DNA from: Alphaproteobacteria bacterium
GTDB taxonomy: Bacteria > Pseudomonadota > Alphaproteobacteria > UBA828
Length of the DNA: 64,000 nt
Reading direction: 5' to 3'
Assembly: GCA_965214705.1 (NCBI GenBank)
Contig: OZ243972.1
Coordinates: forward strand, 608,001 to 672,000
Made by a program: the position numbers and the translations under genes. Shown here piece after piece: positions 28,587 through 39,000 of this stretch. The notes under the pieces were generated by a model. The model was not told where the DNA came from. It did no database searches and saw only the letters and a program-made list of their open reading frames with translations. The stretch's first letter is position 1; every line of letters begins with the position of its first letter.

Positions 28587-30190
28587 GTAACTGCCCAGGT
28601 CGCTTACTGAGGTAATTCCGGTGTTGGGGAGTTCTTGCCCGGTAGGCTCAGGCGCACCTGACGGCAGCGATGAGGCGATCGGAGGGGCTGATCAGGGCTT
28701 CGATGATGTTCCAGCCCTGCTTCCTGGCGGTGGTGATCACGCTGCGCAGGATGGCGAAGTTCTCGGCCCCCTTTGCGGATCGGAAGCCGCCGGAGATCTT
28801 CTGGCGCAGCTTCATCATCCGCAGGTCGCGCTCGGCCTCGTTGTTGGCAAACGCCACTTCGGGGTCGGTCAGGAAGCGGAGAACCGCGCATTTTCGATCG
28901 CGCAGGCGCAGGGCGAGGTTGTGGCCGATCCGCCGCTTCTTGCGTCCCCGCTTTCCGGGCTTGGGAGGCGAGAGCGGCGGCTGGCTCTCGTGGAAGGCCA
29001 GCGCCTCGGCAATGATCTCGTCGTATCGGCGCTCGATCAGCGCCACAAGCCTCGCCGGAACGGCGATATCCTTGTCCTGCGCGATCCGGGCGGCGCGATT
29101 GGCCCGGCGCAGGAGCTGCTGCATGGGTCCGGCCCAGCCTTCCCCTTCGATGTCCACCAGCGCCTGCAACTCCCGCAGGTGGTGGGCGTTGCACAAGCCG
29201 TGCTCCACCCCCTCCAACGTGAAGTACGGCTTCCAGTGGTCGTGAACGACGATACCGGAAACACCCGAGAGCAGGTCGCCGCGCCTGGCGCTGACCCGGA
29301 ATGCCGCCAGATGCGGCGTGCAGATCACATGGAGCCACTGCGTTTGCCCGCCAATCCGGAACCCGGTCTCGTCGAGGTGCTTCACCCGCGCCGTGCCCGC
29401 CGCAAGCTCCTGTATGTGGGTGGCAACTCCCCGCAGCCGATCGGCCGCCCTGTCGCTCATCGCCGCCAGTGTCGCAGCCGTCACCGGCGCGCCGAACAGC
29501 TCCGCCATCACCTGCGACAGCCGGTCCTCCGGCAGGAAGTGGGCGTGCTGAAGGTAGACCGCCACGCCTGCAATGCGCGACCCGTACTGCACCGGTGCCG
29601 ACACCCCCTCGGGGAACGCTGCACGGGTCAGCGTGCCGCAATGCCCGCAGCACCTGGCATGCGCCCGGTGCTCGGTCACCTCCCGCGCACGCGCCTCGGG
29701 CAGGTCGAAGACTTGGCGGGCGTGCGACACCCCTGCCGTGGCCGCCGCCGACAGGGACGAACCGCATCCCTCACAGGCAGCCGGAACGTGGTTCTCCACC
29801 CGGTCCGGGTGATCCGTGCGGCGCAACGTCTCGCCCTTGTGGCCGGGCTGACCGCCCGGCTTGCGCCCCGATTTGCCCCGCTGGCTTTGGGTTCGCCGCT
29901 TGGCCCTCGGCTTCTTCAACCCATCGCTCGACGGCGGCTTGGCGCTGTTGCGACTGCTCAGTCCGAGACGGCGTTCCAACTCCTCGATACGCTCGACAAG
30001 ACGCGTGTTTTGTTCCTCCAGCCGCGCATTCTGCTGCCGAAGCCAGGCGTTCTCCTCCTCCAGGCGAGCGATCTTCTGCTCGGAACTTTCGGGCTGTGCC
30101 CCCGTCGAAGGGCCGCGCGGCGACTCGGGATTGCTCATGTCGTTGTTGAGTCATTCTCCGAAACTCCCGTCAAGCCCTTCGCGTCAATTC
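28587..30190 (-). mobile_element. Second IS66 copy, one end disrupted by ISAs1/MITE insertions
   Basis: Begins GTAACTGCCCAGG at 28587; nearly identical to the first copy. Confidence 0.88.
28648..30138 (-). CDS. IS66 TnpC transposase (copy 2)
   Basis: 496 aa; differs from 26922-28412 at only a few residues. Confidence 0.94.
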   Translation of the reverse strand: MSNPESPRGPSTGAQPESSEQKIARLEEENAWLRQQNARLEEQNTRLVERIEELERRLGLSSRNSAKPPSSDGLKKPRAKRRTQSQRGKSGRKPGGQPGHKGETLRRTDHPDRVENHVPAACEGCGSSLSAAATAGVSHARQVFDLPEARAREVTEHRAHARCCGHCGTLTRAAFPEGVSAPVQYGSRIAGVAVYLQHAHFLPEDRLSQVMAELFGAPVTAATLAAMSDRAADRLRGVATHIQELAAGTARVKHLDETGFRIGGQTQWLHVICTPHLAAFRVSARRGDLLSGVSGIVVHDHWKPYFTLEGVEHGLCNAHHLRELQALVDIEGEGWAGPMQQLLRRANRAARIAQDKDIAVPARLVALIERRYDEIIAEALAFHESQPPLSPPKPGKRGRKKRRIGHNLALRLRDRKCAVLRFLTDPEVAFANNEAERDLRMMKLRQKISGGFRSAKGAENFAILRSVITTARKQGWNIIEALISPSDRLIAAVRCA

Positions 30191-32340
30191 CAGGGCGGAT
30201 TTGTACTTCAGCCTTTGGCCTGGCCGGCCAGCGAGTTGCCTGAAATAGCGGACTTGCTCCCCGTGTCCTGATATGAGTGCCGCGAGGCAGCCGTGGGGAC
30301 TGGCAAGCTGTGGCAGCTCTATCGGAGGTGGTGGTCGACATCGTGGCGGCGGAGGACGAGGCCCGCTTCCGCGACTTGATGCAGACACACCACTACCTCG
30401 GCGCGGTGCCGGGGATGGGCGAGACCGTGCGCTATGTCGCGCACCATCGAGGGCGATGGCTGGCGTTGGCGGTCTTCTCGGCAGCGGCGCTGAAGTGCGG
30501 TGCGCGCGATCGCTGGATTGGCTGGGACCGCGGCCTTCAGTTCGGTCGTCTTCACCTGGTCACCAACAACTCGCGCTTCCTGATCCTGCCCGGTGGTCCA
30601 CGCAATCTCGGCTCGCGGGTGCTCTCGCTGTGCACGCGCCGTCTGGTCAGCGATTGGCCGATCCGCTTCGGTCACGACGTGCTGCTGGCGGAGACGTTCG
30701 TGGACCCGGCGCTCTTCCGGGGCACGGTCTACCGCGCGGCCAACTGGATCGAGGTCGGGCGCACCCGCGGCTTCGCTCGCGGTGGGGCCGGCTACAGCGA
30801 GCACGCACGGCCCAAGCGCGTGTTCCTTCTTCCCCTGTCCCGCACCGCGCGGGCCCGGCTGCGGGCCGACGATCTCGACCCCCGTCTGCGACATGGAGTG
30901 CCGAAGATGACGCTCACCGCCGCACAGATGCGATCCCTCCCCGAGTTCTTCCAGGGCATCGACGATCCCCGCCGCCGCCAGGGCCGGCGCCATGCGCTGC
31001 CGACGGTACTGGCGCTCGCCGCCGCCGCGACGTTCTGTGGCATGCGCGGCTACAAGGCGATCAGCGAATGGGTCGACGACCTCAGTCCCAGGGTGCTGCA
31101 GCGCTTCCGCGTGCGCCGCCGCGACGGCCGGTACCGCCCGCCCAGCCTGTCGGCGATGCGCAGCCTGCTGATCCGCGTCGATCCGGTCCAGCTCGACGCC
31201 GCGCTCAGGGCCTGGCACGAGGCCCACGGCTCGGGCGACAGCGCGCTGGCCATCGACGGCAAGACCATCCGCGGCGCCATCGATGACGATGGCACGCAGG
31301 CTCATGTGCTCGGCATCATAGGCCACGACACCAAGGCGCCCTGGGGTCAAAAAAAGTCGGCATGAGGCCCGACGCCGACGACGGGGAGAAGCGCACCAAC
31401 GAGATCGGCACCATCATCCCCCTGCCCGGACTTGATCCGGGTATCGAGACGGTGCCCGACATCGCGGGCCGCACCGTCACCGCCGATGCTCTGCTCACCC
31501 AGCGGGCGCTGGCCTCCTATCTGCGCGACCGCGGTGCCGACTATCTGTTCACCGTCAAGGGCAACCAGCCCACCTTGCTCGACGACATCCGGCTCACTCT
31601 CGACGAGGCCATCGCAGGCCGCGCGCCGGACTTCGCGGACGAGAGCCCCAAGCCCGAGCACGGCCGCCGCGAGCGGCGCTCCATCTGGGTCTCCAGCGAG
31701 CTCAACGACTACCTCAACTTCCCCGGCGTCGGACAGATCTTCGCCGTGCGGCGCGAAACCCGGCACGTCAAATCCGGCAAGAGGAGCTGCGAGACGGCTT
31801 ACGGCGTCACCAGCCTGACCCCGCAGGCCGCATCGCCGGAACGCCTGCTCACCCTCAATCGCGGGCACTGGACCATCGAGGCGGCCCATCACATCCTCGA
31901 CTGGAGCTTCGACGAGGACCGATGCCGTATCCGTTCAGGCTACGGTCCGGAGAACATGACCCTGCTGCGGCGCTTCGCCATCGGCGTTATCAAAGGGCGC
32001 GGGCTCGCTGTCGCCGAGACCATGCGCAATCTGGCCAGGAAACCGAGGCGGGTTCTCGACTTCCTGAAAATGACCGACAACGTCGCTCCGCGGACAGCGC
32101 CCAGCTGACCGCCCCCTCCGGGCCGCGTCCATCGCTGCGACGCCAACCTTCGGAACGCCGGGGGCGAGCGGTCATGTCCAGATGAAGCCGTGCTCGACCC
32201 TCGCGGCCAAGGGCAGCGCTATGCGGCGGCGCGATGACGGCCAAATCCGGTGGCCAGCCCCGCAAGGTCCTCAACGAAAGCGGGTGGAGCATGATTGAGT
32301 GCCGTCAGCCAGCGGCGAAAATCAGAACGAATTTGCCGTG
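30191..32340 (+). mobile_element. ISAs1-family element with N-terminal DUF4338 domain
   Basis: IRs CAGGGCGGATTTGT / ACGAATTTGCCGTG; 8-bp TSD GTCAATTC (30183-30190, 32341-32348). Confidence 0.88.
30277..32108 (+). CDS. DUF4338-ISAs1 transposase in two frames joined by a probable -1 frameshift
   Basis: ORF1 30277-31365 (HHYLG, RDRWIGW, NNSRFLILP, ETFVDP, GTVYRAANW, then DPRRRQG, IDGKT); ORF2 31362-32108 (RTNEI, TADALLTQ, VKGNQ, HW.IE, FDED); A-AAA-AAG at 31350-31356. Confidence 0.85.
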
Positions 32341-32349
32341 GTCAATTCC

Positions 32350-32522
32350 CAGGGCTCGTTTTTTGTCGACCCGGCGGGCGGCGTGGCGTGCTCAGCGGTC
32401 CATTTGGGGGCGCGTTTCGTTGTCGGCGTGCCGAATTGAGCCTCATGGAGGTGCCGTCGACCCCGCCGCAGGCAACTTCGCAGTGGTCGCCGACACCCAA
32501 TCACGACAAAAAATTGTTCCTG
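32350..32522. mobile_element. 173-bp MITE with ISAs1-like CAGG ends
   Basis: IRs CAGGGCTCGTTTTTTGTCG / CGACAAAAAATTGTTCCTG; 10-bp TSD CGTCAATTCC once the adjacent ISAs1 is removed. Confidence 0.7.
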
Positions 32523-32534
32523 CGTCAATTCCTC

Positions 32535-32895
32535 GTAACTGCCCAGGTTGTTTCTGGGGATGATTCCGCTGTTGGGGAGTTCTCGCCGGGTCGGCTCACG
32601 CGCACTTGACGGTGGCGATGAGTTGGTCCGATGGGCTCATCAGGGCTTCGATGATGTTCCAGCCCTGCTTTCTGGCGGTGGTGATGACGCTGCGCAGGAT
32701 GGCGAAGTTCTCGGCCCCCTTCTCGGATCGGAAGCCGCCTGAGATCTTCTGGCGCAGCTTCATCATCCGAAGGTCGCGCTCGGCCTCGTTGTTTGTGAAC
32801 CCGACCTCGAGGTCGGTCAGGAACCGGAGCACCGCGCACTTGTGGTCGCGCAGCCTCAAGGCCAGATTGTGACCGATCCGTCGTTTCCGGCGTAC
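32535..32895 (-). pseudogene. Third IS66, 3' fragment
   Basis: GTAACTGCCCAGG end plus TnpC C-terminus (TNNEAERDLRMMK...); more diverged than copies 1 and 2. Confidence 0.88.
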
Positions 32896-32920
32896 CGCTT
32901 ATGCACGAAGCTCCGGTGAA

Positions 32921-35336
32921 CAGGGCGAATTTGTTCAAGCCTGATTTTTGAGTTCTGCGCTACGAGTTGACCTTGGGTCTGGTCAGCGCGCGCCAACCCT
33001 GCTATGGATTGAGGCGACTGGATTCGCGGTGTTCTGCTGCGGATCGGCTTCGAGCAGGGGGACGGTTTCTACGGTGGATCTTTCCGAGGTCGATGTCGCT
33101 GCTGTCCGGCCGCAGGACGAGGCCCGGTTCCGCGCGCTGATGGAGGGGCATCACTACCTGGGTGCGTCTGCGAAGGTGGGGGCGAGGGCGTGGTACGTCG
33201 CCCATCGGCGCGGCGAGTGGCTGGCGCTGGCCGTGTTTTCGGCTGCGGCGCGCAAGTGCCGGGCGCGGGACGAGTGGATCGGCTGGGACTTCCGCACGCA
33301 GCACGGGCGGCTGCATCTGATCGCGAACAACGCGCGCTTCCTGATCCTGCCGGGACGGGGTGTTCCGAACCTCGGCTCGCGGGTGCTGGGGCTTTGCGCG
33401 CGGCGCTTGGCGCGCGACTGGCCGGCCCGCTTCGGCCACCCCGTGCTGATGCTGGAAACATTCGTGGACGCGGCGAGGTTCCGGGGCACGGTCTACCGGG
33501 CGGCTGGATGGCTGGCGGTCGGCCAGACCCGCGGCTTCCGGCGCCACCGCTCGGGCTATGTCGCCGGCTCGACGCCGAAGCTTGTGCTGCTGCGCCCCCT
33601 GGTTCCCGACGCCTGCCGCCGGCTGTCCGCTGCCGGGCTGGATCGGGAGTTGTGGAAGAAAGGAGTTCCGAGAACCATGATCAGCGCCGCTCAGCAAGAG
33701 TCGCTCTACGCCTACTTCAAGGACATCGACGACCCCCGCACGCGCAAGGGACGGCGGCATTCGCTGCCCAGCGTGCTCGCGCTTGCGAGTGGCGCGACGC
33801 TCTGCGGCATGCGAGGCTGGAAGGCGATCTCCGAGTGGGTCGACGATCTCGGCGAGAAGGCGCTGGCCCGCTTCGGCGTGCGGCTGCGCGACGGGGTGCG
33901 CCGGCCGCCTTCGATGTCGACCATCCGCAATGTGGTGATCCGGGTGGACCCGGACCAGTTGGACGAGGCGTTGCGCAAGTGGCAGGAGGCCCACGGCTCA
34001 GGCGACGCGGCGCTTGCCATCGACGGCAAGACCCTGAGAGCCTGGCCGGAAATGAATTGAGTGGAATCAGACACTTGTGATTCACTGCCTGTGCTTCACA
34101 ACACGGGGAACACAAGATGTGAATCGACGCCAACCGGGAGAAGTATGAGCGCGGGGGGCTTCGCGCACTCGCCTAGCTCCTGATCGCCAGCATCCAGCCC
34201 TTCATCTGGAGACTCGCAACGCTATGAAAATAAACGATTCATTTCCGGCCAGGCTCTGAGGGGGGCCATCGACGAGGACGGGACCCAGGCTCATGTCATG
34301 AGCGCGGTCGGGCACGAGACCAAGGCCACGCTCGCCCAAAAAAACTTCTCCTGAAAGTCGGGGCCGACGAGGAGACAAAGCGCACCAACGAGATCGGCAC
34401 CGTGACGGCGCTGGTGGACCTGATCCCGAACATCGCGGGCAAGACGGTCACGACGGACGCGCTGCTGACCCAGCGCAAGTTCGCCCGCTACCTGCTCGAC
34501 CGGGGCGCGCACTTCATGTTCATCGTGAAAGGGAACCAGAAGACCATGCGGGACGATGTGACGCTGCTCTTCGAAGAGGCGCCGGAGCGTGAGCCCGACT
34601 TCGAGGAGGAGGCCGCGCTGTCGCACGGACGCATCGAGCAGCGGGCAATCTGGACGAGCACGGAGTTGAACGGCTTTCTCGACTTCCCGGGCGTCGGCCA
34701 GGTCTTCATGATCGAGCGCTCCCGCCAGGACAAGAAGACCGGCGAGACCGGTACCGAGACCGCCTACGGGATCTCCAGCCACACGCCCGGCACGGCCAAC
34801 GCGCAGAGCCTGCTCGCCCTCAACCGCGGCCACTGGTGCATCGAGAACAGCTCGCACCACTGCCTCGACTGGACCTGGGACGAGGACCGCAGCCGCATAC
34901 GCACAGGCTTCGGCCCCGAGAACATGACCCGCCTGCGGCGCTTCGCCATCGGCCTGATCAAGGGCCGGGGGCTCGAGGTCGCCTCGACCGTGCGCAGGCT
35001 CGCCCGCAACGTCCGCGCCGTCCTCGACTTCCTGAAAATGACCGGGAACACCCAGCCGAGGACCGCAAAGCGCGCCGCGCCGGCCTGAACCCCGGCGCCC
35101 GGCAAGCCGGGCGCAAAGATCGTACCTGCCCTCGCTCCCGACCACGCCGGTGGCGCAATCCATCATGTCGGGGCACCGCCAAATCGCGTCGGCACCGCCC
35201 ACACGGTAATGCCAGAACCCTCTGACCGAACCGGATGCTCGGCCAGACCCCGCCGCAAACCCCGTAACAAAGCCGATCCGCACAACCCGTGGCCAGAACT
35301 CAACCGCCTACCAGCCGCTTGGACAAATTTGCCCTG
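32921..35336 (+). mobile_element. Second DUF4338-ISAs1 element, inactivated by a MITE
   Basis: IRs CAGGGCGAATTTGTTCAAGC / GCTTGGACAAATTTGCCCTG; ORF1 ~33074-34354 interrupted at 34038-34256; ORF2 to 35088; A-AAA-AAC at 34339-34345; flanks do not match. Confidence 0.86.
34038..34256 (+). mobile_element. 219-bp internally deleted IS5-family (IS1031-like) element / MITE
   Basis: Perfect 20-bp IRs GAGCCTGGCCGGAAATGAAT; 3-bp TSD TGA; interior keeps decayed transposase ends (ANREKYERGGLR; LLIASIQ..I.RLA). Removing it restores DGKTLRGAID. Confidence 0.85.
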
Positions 35337-35400
35337 CGCGCTTGACCGCTCCGCCTTTCTGGAAGTGCGGCTGCGGTGATGGCGAAGGAGACGGACCGGA

Positions 35401-35882
35401 TCAGATCGGCGGAACCATAAGGCGCATCAGTTGGCTGGCCGCCAGCACGGTCATGCCGAACATGAGGTGGGCGAGAACCTTGTCGTAACCGCGCACGCGG
35501 ACATGGCGGCCGCCGAACTCATCCTTCAGCCGCCCGCTGATCCGCTCGGACCCCGAGCGCACGACGTAGCGACGCTCCTCGGGAAAGACCAGACCGAGCG
35601 TCCGCCGCGCCTTCTTCTCACGCTTCAACGCCTCTTGCATGTCGACCGAGCTGCGCGGGTTCACGTCGATGATCGGCTTGTGGCCCAGCAAGATGCTGTG
35701 CGCCCAGATCTCGATGCAATCATAGGCCGCGTCCATCAGGTCATAGAGGCTCTCGACCCGCCCGGCCGTCAGGGTCCCCAACGGAATCGCCACCTGGGAG
35801 TCATGCGTCGACGCAGACGTCATGATGCAGCTGATGGGGACCCCGCCATCGGCGGTATCGACGTGCAGCTTGTACCCGATCC
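35401..35882 (-). pseudogene. DDE transposase C-terminal fragment (IS4/IS5/IS1182-like)
   Basis: WIGYKLHVD...SASTHDSQ...LMDAAYD...ERISGRLK; N-terminal half absent. Confidence 0.75.
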
Positions 35883-36006
35883 AGGAGCTGAGTTGCGCCG
35901 CGCTGATTGACACCGCGCCGCCCTGCGTCGACAGCCAGGTACCCAACTCGAACCAGTTTCGGTTTTTCACCACGACTTCTCCATCGCCCCGTTATGATCT
36001 TGCGTC

Positions 36007-39000
36007 ATGGTCGCGACGGTCCGCAACCTGACCTCTTCGTCTGCCACGTCGGAGTATTTCCGCCAGGACGGCGGCTACTACTTGAGGAAGGGCGAGGGCG
36101 CTGCCGACCTTCGCGCCAAACGTGCTGAGCACCGGAACGCGAGCACCTGGCACGGCGCGGGCGCGGTTGCCCTGGGACTGCATCCCGGCAAGCCGGTCGC
36201 GGCGGGCGCTTTCGAGAAGCTTCTTCAGGGCCATGTGATCGGGACGAGGGCTCGGCTCGGGCGGCCGCGCGACGGGCAGCACGAGCACCGTCCGGGCTTC
36301 GACATCACGTTCTCGGCACCGAAGTCGGTGTCGCTGGCGGCGCTTCTGCCGACGGAGGAGCACCCGCACGGCGACCGGATGGTGATTCGCGCACACAATG
36401 CGGCGGTGCGCGAGACGCTCGACTGGATCGAGGGGTCGCTGCTGGAGACCCGGGGCTGGGACCCCGCCACCGGCAGGCGGCCGCGGGTGAAGGCGCCCTG
36501 GATGGTGGCGGCATTGTTCCGCCACATCGCGAGCCGCAACCTCGATCCGCAGCTTCACACGCACGCCGTGATCGCCAACATGACCCGGGACGAGGAGGGG
36601 CGGTGGAAGAGCGTGGAGCCGACGCTGCTGCACCGCAATGCGAGATTGATCGGGGCGTATTACCGTGACCGGCTTGCGCGGCAGCTGATGGAGAGAGGAT
36701 ATACGATCGTGCCGGCGATGGTGGGCCGGCTGCCGAGCTTCGAGCTTGCGGGCTACGGCCGGGAGGTGCGGGAAGCGTTCTCGACGCGCCGGCACGAGAT
36801 CCTGGCCTACGTGGACGAGAAGGGCTGGGACCGCAGCACGGACAGGATGCAGGCGGCGACGCTGGCGACGCGCAAGCGGAAGGCGGAGCCGGTGCGGGCG
36901 CAGCTGCAGGAGCGATGGCGGGTCCGCGCTCGGGAATTGCGCCTCGACACGGCGCTCGCGGAGGCACGCGCCGGGCAGCCGATCGTGCTGCCGGAGGGCC
37001 CGTCGGCGCTGGCGATCGTGCGCCGCTGCATGCGCCAGCTGGAGGAACGGCAATCGGTCTTCTCCGAACACGATCTCGAGGCGCTTGCTCTCGGCCATTC
37101 GCCGGGCCGGCATTCGCTCGGAGAGATCCGGGACGCGGTCGCCTGGCTGGTCCGCGACGGCCACCTGGTCGAGGCCCAGCTGCGGCGCGCCGACCGGGCC
37201 TTCGTCACCGACCGGGCGCTGAAGGCAGAGCGGTCCACGATCGCGATGATGAAGGCCGGGATCGGAGCCGGCGCGGCACTGGCCCCGGAGAAGGACGTGG
37301 CGGCCCGTCTCGACGGCGCCGGCCTCACCGAGGGACAGGAAGAGGCGGTTCGCACGATCCTGCTGGCGCGCGACCGGGTGGTCGGCGTGCAGGGCCGGGC
37401 CGGGACCGGCAAGACGACGATGCTGCGCCAGGTGCGGGCGCTTGCCGGGGAGAAGCCGGTGTTCGGGCTCGCGCCCTCGACCGCCGCGGCCGCGGTGCTG
37501 GGGCGAGAGACCGGCATTCATGCCCGCACGCTTCAGTGGTTCCTGGCGCGCCGCCGGGGGGCGGGCGCCAGCGGACAGGCGCTGGAGGCGTTGAGAGAGA
37601 CCTTCGGTGGCGCGGTGCTGGTGCTGGACGAGGCCTCGATGGTGTCGACCGACCAGATGCGCTCTCTGCTGCGGGCGGCGGACGAGCTCGAGGTTTCCCG
37701 CATGGTGCTGGTGGGCGACAGCAGCCAGCTCCGCGCGGTGGAAGCGGGCCAGCCGTTCCGGCTGCTGCAGCGGGCGGGGATGACGACGGCGGCGATGGAC
37801 GACATCCTGCGCCAGCGGAACCCGGAGCTGCGGGCGGCGGTGCAGGCGGTTCTGGCGGGCGATCCCGGCGAGGCGGTGGAGCTGCTCGGCAGCAGCGTGC
37901 ACGAGGTGGCGCACGAGGAGCTCGGCGAGAAGGCGGCGCGGGCCTGGCTGGCGCTCGACCCCGCCACCCGCGACAACACCCTCCTGGTCGCACCCACCCA
38001 TGCGCTGAGGGAAAAGATCAACGGAACCGTCCGGGAAGCACTGGCGAGTGAGGGGGTGCTCCGGGGGAAGGCGCTCGGGATCGAGCGCCTGGTCAGCCTG
38101 GGCATGACCCGGACCGAGAAGGGGGACGTACGCAACTACCGGGAAGGGGATCTGGTGGTGTTCCACCAGGACCTGGTCAACTACCGGCTGAAGAAGGACG
38201 AGATCCTGACCGTGACCGGTATCGACTACGACCGGGTGATGCTTCTCCATCCCGACGGCAAGCCGCGCTGGATCCGCCCGGCGGGCTCGGTCCGTTACCA
38301 GCTCGACGTCTACGAGACCCGTCCCATGGAGGTCCGCGCGGGCGACCGGATTCGCTGGACCCGGAACGACAGGAAGCGCTCGCTCGTCAACGGCGAGCGG
38401 GCCGAGGTGGAGGGGATCGCCAAGGACCGGGTGCGGTTCAGACTGGCGGACGGGCGGGGGCTGTCGCTGCGGTTGGACGATCCGCAGCTGCGGCATATCG
38501 ACCACGCCTGGAGCTCGACGGTGCACGGCGCGCAGGGGAGCACGGCGGACGGGGTGATCGCGGTGCTGGATTCGAGCCACGGCGCGCTTGCCGACCAGTC
38601 GACCTTCTACGTCGAGATCAGCCGGGCACGGGACCGGGCGGTGGTGCTCACCGACAACGCCGAGGAGCTGGTGAAGGTTCTGGCCGACAACACCGGGGAG
38701 CGTCCGACGGCGATCGAGGCGATCGACGCACCGCTCGAGCTTGAGCCCGAGGAGATCGTCCGGCTGCTGGCGGAGAACGAGCCGGTCTGGACACTGCGCG
38801 CGGAATGGGAGGCGCTGGAACGGCGGGCGCAGCGCGAGGGTACGGTGCTGTTTCTGGTGGAGGGCTACGGGACGCTGATCGGACGCGCGCAGGAGCTCGC
38901 CGGGAAGCCGGACCTGCCGGCTGCGACCAGGGAGGTCGTGGACGGGCTGCTGGCCTACGACCGCGCCTGCCGCGAAGGGGACAGGGCGGCGGTGGAGTTT

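Noticed and set aside
30277-34060. DUF4338 ORFs as a Druantia system
   Set aside because: They lie inside ISAs1 inverted repeats and are fused to the transposase; no other Druantia genes are recognisable beside them.
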